Source: Hyphochytrium catenoides (taxonomy: Eukaryota > Protista > Hyphochytriomycota). From it: a DNA stretch of 64,000 nt. The stretch covers positions 46,605 to 110,604 of the forward strand of contig FLMG01000807.1 in assembly GCA_900088475.1 (NCBI GenBank). The letters are read 5' to 3'. Under the pieces are notes generated by a model that searched no databases, was not told the DNA's origin, and saw only the letters and a program-made list of their open reading frames with translations. Positions 26,101 to 37,500 of the stretch are shown in pieces (positions within the stretch are counted from its first letter, which is position 1; each line of letters starts with the position of its first letter). The position numbers and the translations under genes were made by a program.

Positions 26101-28948
26101 GGTGAGGCGCCAGCCTCTAGTAAGCCCTGGACTATCTCTTTGTTGTTGTGCAGCGCAGCCCTGCATAGGAAGAGACCGAGTAGGCCATGCTCAGCGTTAA
26201 CTGACGTGAAACCTTGATAGACGCTATAAATTTTCCCTTCGTGTAGGTGCCTTTCCATCTTACCAGTGCATGGGAGTTCTACCGCCATTGTCTTCGGCGC
26301 TCGGATTGGCCTTGTAACTTAGTAGGACTTTGGCTGCCTCTGTTGCTCCTGCAATGGCCGCCCAGTGCAGTGCAGAGCGCTTCTTGACGGATTCCAGGCG
26401 TTGAGGTGGGTCAGGTTCCTCTCTCTCCAGCTGCTTTCTAAGCCCTTCAACATTGTTCTCAGCGGCTAACCGGTGTACACGCGACTGAGGGGCATCCCCA
26501 CCAAAAGAGTCCAATAGTCGCACGAGGGGGCGATGCCCTCTTTGAACAGCTACTTGCAGAGGTGTGACTGTCATGTATGAAGCAGAGGGATGAAACAGGA
26601 GGTTCGCCTTATGTTGAACCAATAGCTTTGCTGTTTGAGGAATAGTGCAATAGTAGAGAGGAGGAAGGGCGGCACTGTCATAGTAAGAGTCAGCGCAAAG
26701 GTTGGAGTCGGCTCCGTGTACTAAGAGCCACTCCACAGCCTCCACCTGGCCATAACCACAGGCAAAATGAAGAGGAGAAAGAAGAGAATTCTCGAGCTCC
26801 CTCTGTAAGTGCTCTCGATGTAGCAGACCAGTTCCACGCCTGGCTGTGAAGAGGCCGACTGCGTGAAGGGCCCAGAGATACCAGTCGTGAATGCGATGAT
26901 ATTCCTGCAGGGGCCGATCGAGCGCATTTAGATCAAAGCCTGCCCTGTAAAGGAGACGAAGGAGAGAAAGATCTCCCATTGCTGCAGCCACGTGGACAGG
27001 ATTTTTTCTGCTTTTGCCGAGAAAAAATAGAAGACGTCGAGGCCGAGGATAGAGCTTCCTCGCCCAGCCACGGCCCAGCTGCTGTCGCCCGTGCTGAAGT
27101 ATTAACTCTACGGCGTTGTAGTCCGCGCTGACGACTGCCTGATAGAGATCACAACGTAGTGTCTCTTCGTAGTTGCTTCGGCACAGGGTCTTTATAGGAA
27201 GCTTTTTGCGGAGTTGAGCAAAGAAGAGCTTCCGAGGACTGGCCTAATAACAAAGGGACAAGAGTACGATATGTTTACGTCAAAGTCGTCTGCCCGCGAT
27301 CTCGATGAGTAATAATGAAGGAGTTGAAGTTAGAAGATAAGCTCAGATAGAGTATGAGTGCTTTCTTCACGTCCGATCCTACCTCTTCATAGTCAAAGCA
27401 AGTGTAGGGGAGGGCTATGCTCTGTCTGTGGAGGTGGAAGATGTAAATTTGCCAGTGAAATGCAAGAAAGAGGAGGAAGGCAAGAACGGTGCCCACTCTC
27501 TCTACTGCCCGCATATCCTCACCGCAACTGTCTCCACTTGTCAAAAGGCTGACCAGCATGGCAACAAGCCAGATGGTGAGCAGCAATAAGCACCCTGCAT
27601 TCAAGAGGAAAGGAAACGTCACTAAGACAGCTTCCAGTAACCCAAGGAAGAAGATAAGACTAGAGCAACCATAGACGTCGCCATGGTGACACTTTCCAAA
27701 GAGACATGAAAGCACGGTGCCGTTATCTTCACATGTAAAGGTACAGGTAAGAGAGAAGCGTCCACACTTGGACCAAATGTTGAATGTTAGAGCTTACTGA
27801 CATGCAAAGCAGGACGCCACACAAGTAAAATAGCATAAGTTTAAGACTCCAAACAAGCCAAGGTCTTAGAGAGATTGGAAGAGACAACAGAGAAGAGAGA
27901 CAGGGAAGGGAAAGACAGACGCAAAGATTTTGAAAGAAAAAGAAAGAGAAAGAGAGAGAGAAAGAGAGAGGAAGAGAGACGGGAGGAGTATTAGACGGGC
28001 GGTATAGCGCTTTGCAAGATAGAGTGCGACGTGATACCCGTAATGGCACATTCGAGTAGCCCGCAGAAGACCGTGCGATAAAGGACCCTTGCCCTATGAT
28101 CTACGTGGAAGAGACGAAAGGCCTTGACTGCCGGGAAAGCTGACAGTCCTAGCAATAGCGCAACGAAGAGTCCCAGTCCGGACTCCAAGACACTCAGAAG
28201 AGCCACAGCTTGGCAACTGTCCCCCGCCTCAGGAAACGTTTCCGAGGCAGATGAGAGAAAGAGGACATCAGCAAGTGTGAGAGAGGAGAGAAGGAAGACC
28301 AGGAGAGAGGATAAGAGTAGTTGCCGACAGAAAAACGCATTGCGGATGCTGCTGGAGGCTCCTGGACCAGTCAGCACCACACTGCCCGTTTGGCTGCTCT
28401 CTTCTGTCTGTCTATTCTGCCCCTGATCGTCCTCTCGGTCTCGCCAAATAGATCCTCTCTCCCTCCTAAGGGCAGCCGCAGGCGTGGGTATCGCTATGTG
28501 CCGGTTGGGAGTTTGAGCGCTGAACTGCTCATGCGCTTTACGGGGAGGGACTGAGAAAGAAGTAGACGGATGCCCATCCAGAGGAAAGAGGGAAGGGAGA
28601 AAAAGCAAAGACGGAGAGGAGGAACAAGGCAGGGAAGGAGCGGAGTAAGTAGCGGTAGCATTAGAGGAGTGCTGCTCTGAGAGTGTACAAGAGAGAGGAA
28701 ATGGACCAAAGGAAAGAGAGGAAGTCGCCAGCTTATTCGAAAGAGATACGACACGTGGCGCTTTGTTTTAGCACTTCGCCGTTACTGCTGCTGCCGATCA
28801 ATTTCCAAGGCCGAATCTCTGTCTTACCTTGAGCTGTAGGGGTTCGTAGACAGTCAAGAAAATCGGGAGCTTCGTCATCCTCCACTTCAAAGGACTGGCG
28901 GGGAGTGGAGACCCGGGACAGAGGAAAGGGTGCTCTGTTTCTATACAT
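23123..28948 (-). CDS. Multi-pass membrane protein with ankyrin repeats and two TIR domains (TM-ANK-TIR-TIR)
   Basis: Phase-consistent exons 28948-28828, 28550-28038, 27864-27798, 27659-27383 encode several hydrophobic helices. Exons from 27243 to about 25600 encode ankyrin repeats (NPVHVAA, SPLHFAC, TPLQVAV, SALHWAA, TPMHWAA, NPLHCAA, TALHLAV). TIR1: DVMISYTHSRSQFAWKVCHALEKLNITAWID..WREEIVRGISQCKVMLIILSEDYHKSQWCMKELAYAKSVGKPVVAI. TIR2: YVFIADGG..DLIKQCAAFLIVVSDE..LISDQLGFAEDLGKLIIPVLY. The last junction (about 23705 to 23402) is uncertain. Confidence 0.85.
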
Positions 28949-29798
28949 TTCTACCCTATCTCTCTAGAGCTGAGAAGTGCTTTGCTTTAGCTAGCACCAG
29001 GGACGTCGGCCGATGACCTATAGCTCAGAGCTGGAATCAGGAATCAGAACTGCAGAAGTTCAATCCATCGTCGGCGGTCACTAGTAACACGCGGTTCCCG
29101 GCACTAATCCTATGCCTAACCACCAGGACTGAGACTCTTCCATCGCAGCATTGGCATTGGAACGCCTCATCTTCGTTGGAGGACCAGCATTGAGGCAGCT
29201 CTTTGCCGGAGTCCAAGGTCCGCGACAGAGATCTGAGTTCCCGATAATCTTCGACGGAGACACACAACTCCAGGATCAGAATAGCCGCTAACGCCAACAA
29301 GTGAAACGACACAGAAAATAGGAACAAGAGCCTCAGGGCGTTTTGTCAATCTTCCGCTCTATCTCTAGCACACTCTGTCTAGCAGCATAAATAGCATTTG
29401 ATTGTTTGTATCTCTCTCTCTTGGGTATCTGTCTTCTTGTGATGTCTGGCCTCCCACCTTCGCTTGCGGCTCACACTTTCCGCACTGCAGGTGAGGAGGA
29501 TCGGAGGTGCGTGCGTCCGTGTTGAGGGCAACGCCAATGGCGCCCTTTCTCTCTTTCACTCTTCTCTCTCTTTGTTCTCCTCTTCCTCTCTCTTCCCAAT
29601 CACATGCCGCCCTACCAGGACCAGTGATGCTGTTTAGAGCCCAAGCGGCAGTGATGCTGTTTAGAGCCCAAGCGGACAGGGACATTCCAGCAGCAAACGC
29701 AGTAGAAAGAGGCTCAGAGGCCAGGAGGAGTACGCTAGTTATGAGATGCCGACAGTGGTCCAACCTCGCCCCATAATTCTAGAGAGGAGAAGAGTAGA
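28949..29798. promoter_or_regulatory. Divergent (putative bidirectional) promoter region between the TM-ANK-TIR-TIR and PDZ-TBC genes
   Basis: Inferred from head-to-head start codons at 28948 (-) and 29799 (+). Confidence 0.45.
29622..29675. repeat. Perfect 27-bp tandem duplication (cagtgatgctgtttagagcccaagcgg x2)
   Basis: Read directly: 29622-29648 and 29649-29675. Confidence 0.95.
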
Positions 29799-32700
29799 AT
29801 GTCTGAGCCCACAGGACATGAGTCCCAGACCACTGCCTCCCTACCAGATGGAGACACTTCCTCGCGTGGGTAAGTGGAGTCCGACTCTTCCGCTCTACTA
29901 GTCCAATGAAAGCATGACTCTCCATGGTTTCAGGAGAGTTCAGGAGGAAGAAGAGGACGAGGAGAACTTAGTACCAGGAACGTCGGTGCTGCTGCAGGTG
30001 CTTGGCCACTCTTGTTATCTTGTCTCATCAACGTTGTTTCCTTTCTTGGGCCATCCTTACCGATATGTCCCTCTCTCTCTCTCTTACAATCTGTTACTCT
30101 TGCTCTTCCCTCTGCTTTCTCCTATCCTTGTCGCAGGATTGGGAGGAGTTGCCCTCCGGAAGCATTGCCTTAGCAGAATACGCCGTAGAGTTCAGCACAC
30201 CACACGTTGGAATCATCCTCGAGACAGATGGTCAAAGCCGTCTCGCTATCGTGAAGGGCTTCGCTGCGTCAGTGTTACTTCGTCTCCCTTCTGCTGGCAA
30301 TAATCTCTCTTTCTGGCGTTGTTCCTAAATTTCTCTCTGCTATATAGTTAATCTCTCTCAATACCTATTCTCCAATCGCAGTGTCACGCTTGTGATGAAT
30401 CCTCAATCTCTATCTTGCTTGTCTTTATTCTTGCTTCATTGACGCACCGCTTCCGTCAGTCTCTCTCTCGCGATGGCTCTGTCAATGTATGAGTTAGCTC
30501 CCCTTTCTGCGTGGCGATGGACCTTGAAAAGAGCAGAAGCAGTACTCTCAGCTAACTCATTTCATGTCTGCAGACCTGATGGTGAGACCAGCGCGGCGGA
30601 GGCCCTGGGTTTTATCCAGCCAGGGCACATCCTTATAGCGCTCAACGAGGAATCTGTCCTCGGCCATTCTTTTCAGGAGGTAAGTCCTTTGGATCATATG
30701 CCATGCTATCCATGCCTCGCACTTAATCTGATTCTGTGTCGTCGGTCGCTGACTCTCTTGCTCTTCCTCATCAACCTTCTCTTTACATGCGTCTTCAGAC
30801 CATGGCGCTCCTAAAGAGTTCAGCCATACCAAGGAAGTTGCGCTTTCTAGACCCCGCTGTACGGTCGCTAGAGCTAGTAATAGAGAGAATTGAGGCGGGG
30901 GTTGAAGCCAGGTATTCTCTCTATTTCGTCCTTCCGCATCTTCTTGAGTTACTCTCCCATTGACTTGGTTACTTTCTCTGCTTTAGTTCTTCTTTATTGC
31001 CTATGTAACCCTGGCATCGCCAACATTTATCCATGGGCCTTTTCCCTATGAGCAACCCAACGATACTTTTCTCCCTTAGCTTAAGTGAGGACTAACCAAG
31101 ATACGTGTATCCCCGCTAGGGATGCCTATGGATTCAGCAGACGGATCAAGCTCATAGAGAAAGAAAAGGTTTATAGGTCTCTCTCCTATCGCAAGGTCAG
31201 CAACCGCAGGGAAGGCTATAGAGCCTTTCTCCTCCTCTCTCTACTCTCTTCCTCACCCCGCCAATGCTTTGCTTTTTTACTGCTCAGCTACCCCTGTGTA
31301 ATATTCCGACCTCTCTTGGGTTCCCTCCTTTTTGCTGGAGTCTGCTACTTCTCCAGGACTTGTCATTCGCTATGGCCTCCTCCTTTGCATGCCTTCTCCA
31401 GCTTTCTCCTCTCATTTCTACGACACCAGCTGGAGGTGCGCGACAAGGCGTGGATCAAGTTCCTGAACAAGCACAAGGGGATTGAAGGGTTAAAGGCTGT
31501 TATGGTCAACCTGAGAGCTCCTCCTGGCGGCCCAAAGGTCTTCCCTCGGGGCCTTAAGGTAAAAGATGTCTGAAAGCTCTAGGCTCCGGCTGCATGCGGT
31601 AGATTTGTTCATTGTCTCCTTTTCTTTGCTGTCGCTCTCTATTCCCCTTAACATCTGTCTTATCATGTCGTAACTATTCTCTACGTTTTGAATTATCCGC
31701 CAGAGATTGGTACGACGAGGCATCCCCGTTGCCTTCCGAGCCCCTCTATGGAAGTTGCTGGCGGACGTAGAAGGCTATAGACGAGCTTTCAGGCCTTCTT
31801 ATTATTCAGGTGAGAACATGCGATGGTTATTATCCAGATGACAATTGTGATTTGAGCAGAAGAGACAGGCCTATGACTCGTTCGTGGCGAGAAGATGGTA
31901 GACGTAAGAGAGAGACAGGAACAGGAGGAGAAAAGGTTGATGATGTCTCTGGTAAGACTAATCGATCTTTCTGTAGAGCTAAGCTGCAGCTCTGAGATAC
32001 CGCAGCAAGTCCTCGATGGGATAGAGAAAGATCTTGACAGAACCTTTCCGGACCACGAACTCTTCCAGGTACAAGGACAGCTAAACGCAAGGGAGACCTA
32101 GCGCATCCTCTCTTTTTATCTCCTTCTATCTACTGCCCTTCTCCAGGGTCATCTCATCGAACCTTCAGCAGTCAGCTTTTTCAACAAATGGGTGCTTGCT
32201 CCTCGGTGGTGTAGCGCACTAGTGGCTGCAAAAAAAGCTGTTCTTCTCTATTACATGTCTCATAACAAGTCCACTGTCTGCCGTTCCACTTACTCTTTTC
32301 TACTGTCTGAGACAGACATCAGAGGGCTTGGAGGCACTGAGAAAAGTTCTTCGCGCCTATGCAATGCACAATCCGTCAATAGGTTATTGCCAGGTGGGGG
32401 ATTGTGACCAGCGGGAGCAGAATGCTTTTTAACGTACGGCAATGTCTGCGCCCTATTTGTCTCTCTTATTCCTGTCTTCAAACGCTGCCGGTTCCTTCAT
32501 TGGTCTGCGTAGTCCATGAACTTCATCACTGGTCTGTTGCTGCTTTTCCTTGATGAAGAAGATGCTTTCTGGATGCTCGTCAACCTCATGGAAAAGCTCT
32601 TGCCCGCTGACTATTACACGTGAGTCGCACTTCTCCGTCCTCAACCATAAACCTTTCTCGCGCTTGAGCCTTGTTTTACTCCCGCTCTGTTTACCAACAC

Positions 32701-34401
32701 AACGACAGGCACACTTTTCGTCTCCTATCACCTCTGCTATTGCTCTCGTCTTCTATTGTCTCCTCTCAATGGCCTTTCCTCTGCTCGCTTTCTCATACCT
32801 CAGCGATACAATGATTGGCATTCATGTCGACCAGAGAGTGTTTGGATACCTACTGACCAAGCTGGTGCCAACAGTGGCAAGCAAGCTCGCCGCGGAGAGG
32901 GTAGGTGGGCCTTGGTGGTTTATGTCCTACTTCTAGTCCAATCTTCTCTGCCTATTTGTCGCTCTATTTTCACCCTGCAGCATACTCCGTGATAACTTAT
33001 GTTCGCTAATGCTTCTCTGTCTTCAATTTGAATCCACCTTCTACTCTCTGTGCGTCAGATATAATGACAACCAGCACCTTAGTGTTAATCTGTCCCCATC
33101 ACTCTTTGTCTGTCCAACTTCTGCAGGTACAGCTACATCTGATCACTCTCCAGTGGTTCCTCTGCCTCTTCGTGAACACGTTGCCCATAGAAACCGTGCT
33201 TAGAGTGTGGGACGTGTTCTTCCTCGAGGGCGTCAAAGGTAGTGTCGGGATGCTCTAAGCGCCAGCTGTGACCCCAATGCCGGTTAATCTCGTCATTGGA
33301 CCCTCTTCTTCTCTCTCTCCCACTTTCTTTTCAATGAAAAGTGCTCTTTCGCGTGGGCATTGCGATAATCAAACTGTCTGAGTTGAAGCTCTTGGCGGCT
33401 GTGGATGGAGAGGAAGTCTACCGATGCACGAAAGGGCTAGGTCAGGACATACATGACGCCGACAAACTCCTTAAGGTGTGCTGCTACGAGACTGGGCCGA
33501 ATTGGGGATAGGACTGAAGGAACAGAGGCGCTCTGTAGAGCTGGACGTCACATTAAGTTCTGGACGTCGAGGACACGTCATAACCTGTCTGTGTCCCTAT
33601 TCTCTCTCTCATCTTGACCCGCAGCTTTCTTATATGAAACGTGGAGGACCGCTCTTCCGCTCTGCCTCTAAGCTGAAAGGCAAGGTAGAGGAGGATCTCT
33701 CTGCCTCTCTTAAGGGCCTCAAGTCTCCTGGCGCCCTGCTTAGCCCCAGTAAGTCTCCAGCCTCCAGCGGCGGGGAAGGAAGTGACGATAGTTTCCATGT
33801 CACGAATAGTAAGGGCCCAGCCAATCCCTTCAAGAGCCCTTCTGCGCCGTCTCTTAACTGGAGAGGATTCTCATCAAAGCATATAAAAAAGGTTGTGTGC
33901 GATCCATCAATACCTACCCTCAAGCTTTCTGTTCGCCTCCTCTGCTAGAACCTCGTGCCTTCCTTGCTTGTCTACGCAGCCAGAATGTCCTAGCCTCCGG
34001 ATTACATTCACTCCTTCCCTTCATCAGCCCTATCAGTTTGTCGCGGAGCATGGTGACAGAAGCTAACATTGGCTATATATTAGTGGCGAGACAAATTTCG
34101 GCCAGAAGTAGAAGCTCAATTCCATAACATGGAAACACTACGAAGCAATGGTAGGAGATCCCCTCCTTCCGCCTCTCCCTCTCCCTCCTTGGCCCCTAGT
34201 AGCATCAGCTCTCCGCCAAGCGAGATTTTCGTGGACGAACGTGTAGGCTCTGTGAGCCATAGAGAGGAAGATCGCGAGCTAAAGGGATCAGGAGAGATTG
34301 AGGAGAAGCAACACTCAGAACCACGAATATGCACTCCAGCTTTCGAAGCACCAGAGGAGTGCCGTGCACCAGAAACAGCTCAAAATAACTTAATAAATTG
34401 A
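29799..34401 (+). CDS. TBC-domain Rab GTPase-activating protein with an N-terminal PDZ-like domain
   Basis: TBC motifs across exons: [33 protein letters not shown] (R finger), [19 protein letters not shown]|[10 protein letters not shown] (Q finger), [36 protein letters not shown]|VLFRV. PDZ-like: [59 protein letters not shown]. Ser/Pro-rich tail. Confidence 0.9.
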
Positions 34402-34532
34402 ACCGGGCTCAGACATCAGACTCCGCTGATGGATCCAGCGCTAATTCTTCCTTGTGGTTCGGTCCGGCCTCTGTGTATCTCCTGAATTTCTTTCTCTGTT
34501 TCTTTGTCTCTCGCCAGCCAGTGGCCAGCTAC

Positions 34533-37500
34533 TTAGAATTCAAACTTTATCTGCGAAAGGTTGAGCAGCAAATGTTCCTTCATCATGCCTGAAATCATAT
34601 TCTGCCTGAGCCTAGCCAAGACACACAGCGAAGATTTGGAGCTATTAGTACCATGCCCACAACTTCCTCTATTTCTGCGGGTCGGGTCTATTGTCTGCCC
34701 CTGCGCGCCGTTAATGCTTACTTTAGCTCTTGCATAGGATGTTGCGTCTCCGAGAGAACTGCAAGCATAAAGCCAGCTTCCTCCGTGCAAATCCAGTTAT
34801 CTGAGAGGCTACGGAAATAGATAAGAGGGAGAAATCAATAGAGGGTTTAGACATCCATGCGAAGCAACAGCAAAAAGAAGGAGGGACACTGCAATACAAA
34901 GTGAGACACACTGCGGCCCGCCGGCCCTAACTGAGAAATAAGAACTTACTCTAAAGAAACCAGCCGGGATTGCGGCACTGCATGCATGAGTGCTGCAATT
35001 CCAGGAGAAACGGGAAGCTGAGGCTGATCTCCGATTGGAGTCTCTACTTCCTCGCCACAGGACACACGACCTCGTTGATCCTTCCGACTCCGCTCAACCT
35101 CATAGCCGCCAATGAAGTTGCCTACAACCGTTAAGGCCCCAGCTTGTCAATAAGAATATCAAGTTACAAACCTCTAAGCTACTCTTTCATTGAACTTTCT
35201 CTTAGCCATTCCCCAGGTCCATGTCACTTCTGTGGGTTGTTTACCTATGAGGCTGCAGACGCTGCGACGATCACTGACCGTCTCTACTATTCTGGCCCGC
35301 TCCTTTTCTCTCCCTTATGTCAACAACTCAATAACTCGATACCCTGTAGTACTTACCGGCTAGGTTGAGATTGACCAGCCTTCCTGTCACCAGGACGTGA
35401 GACATTGCATTGATGACTACCATTGTGTCCCCAAACTGTCCCGCCAAAGCATTGTAAGATAGGTCTAACACTGAAAGGGAAGAAGAGGTGCAGAGAGCCT
35501 TGCAGAGCAACAGAGTTCCGGATGGGTCATAGCGTCCAGAACCTCTCTCATCTACCCCACAGAGTATATTTCTAGAGATGTTAAGCTCGCACAGAGAAAG
35601 AGAGCTATTGACAAACGATGCAAGGACCTTCGCCCCATCTACACCCAAGGAGTTGCGGGAGATGTCAAGAATCTTAAGCATCTGGGTGCTTTGTAATGGC
35701 TCCAGCAAAATAGCAGCTCGGCTAGGGCCTGAATGGACGCACGCGGAATAAAGTTAACACAGAGTTATTTAGGAGTCGTGACGGACGGCAGTCATTGGAA
35801 CTCCACCAAGACTCCAAGAAGAGCACTGTAGCCGAAGAGTAAGTGTAAATAACCTCTTACCTAAGCTATTGTTGCTGATTCTTAGCTCTTGCAGCGAGAG
35901 ATCAGGCAAAGTGTCCCTCAGCACAGTTACTGCCTCCTCTCTATGATAAGGATAGGGTCCACATAAGGCATTCGACGATAGATCCAGTGCGGTCACTCCG
36001 CAGACGTTGAGAGCATCACAGAGCACCTGAAAAGCGCTGACATCAAAAGCTGCAACTCTATCGTGGCGGTGTCTTAGTGCATAGCACAGGCCATCGCCTG
36101 CCAGCCTCACTGTGCGAAGGTTGGAGGTCATAAAGGCAAGAGATAAAGCGACAAGTCCATCTTCACAGAGCTCTCCGATGTGATTGTCTACCGGAAAAGG
36201 CAAGTGTTCAGTCTATGATTAGCTCTTTGCATAGAGAGGACTCCAGCTGGAGAAGATTCCAAGAAGGAGAGAAGAGAATGGCAGACAAAGAGAGACAAGA
36301 GAAAAGGCGCAAAGTTACCCCTCGGCAAGTGGTGTAAGGCACATGGAACGAGGTGGTCAGTAAGCGATGGACACAGTCTTTTAAGTCTGGGCCTCAAGCG
36401 GGTGAAAGACTTACAAGACAGGTCAATGCTTTGTAAGGCAGAACGCTCATTTTTGACGGCATCTGCCAGAAGCTTGAGCCCTTCCAAAGCTCCGCCCTTT
36501 GCCAGGTCATTCCGAGACAAATCCAACGCGATCGTTGTCCTGTTATGAGAAAGCAGTCGGCCGATGACAATTGCGTCCAAGCAGCCCAAAGAAAGAGCGG
36601 AAAGCGAGATCTCAGGGGCAGCAGTGGTCTCGGTGCTATCGCAAAGAAGCTTCACGGGTAGTGGCACACGATCGACAGTCAGAACTTGCAAGCGGCTCCG
36701 AGGGACCGCGTCACAGATCGCAAGGAGGCCTGATTCGGAAATAGAAGTAAGTTAGGACCGGAGAGTTCGCGTTTGGTGCAGGAGAAACGTGTAAACAAAG
36801 AGTCTAAGGTCAGGTATAGGGAAGGAGCGTCAGACAGGAGGACGAGAAAAGTGGAGTGCAGGAGCGGCCACCTGATGTATCCATTATTTCATGCAGTGTG
36901 CTATCCACCCCACACAGAGCAGTGTCGGAGATGTCCAGCTGCTCCACCTTAGAGGAAGGAAGTCGCGTGGCGATGAAGAAAGCCTCATAGCCCTGCAGGC
37001 CACCGGGTCGGTGAGATAAATCGACTTCTGGCTTGCTGAGATGGATGCCATTCAAAACTGCCAGACAGCTATTTTGCGTCACAGCATGAATCAGCAGAGA
37101 GCTTGTATCCTCCTCCCCTCTACTCTCTATTGAAGTTTTTCTCCGACCCCTGGTCCGGTTGTCTCGGAGGTCCAGGCTCTCCAAAGTGTTATTACTAGCA
37201 ATGAAGCCAGCCAATAAAGCTAGCTCTTCGTGCTGGAGGCGGAGATTGGACAGGCTGAAGAAAGGAGAAGGTCAGTAAGGTCTCCCCTCGGCCTCTATTA
37301 TGGGCTTTTCTAATCGAGAAGGTACAAAGGGGCGAAGAACAGAGATCCCATAGAAACGCTAGTGGAGACAGCAGATATTACAGGCAGGGAGGGTGACGAG
37401 GTTGGAGAAGAGTAACAAAGAGCATCTAGCCAGCAAAAGCGCCAAATGGGACGAGTAGGGTTTCGGTAAATAGAAATGGAAGGCCTACTTTAGCACTTTG

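Noticed and set aside
29622-29675. gtttagagc within the repeat resembles a Cas9-type CRISPR repeat start
   Set aside because: Two adjacent copies without a spacer, no cas genes, eukaryotic context.
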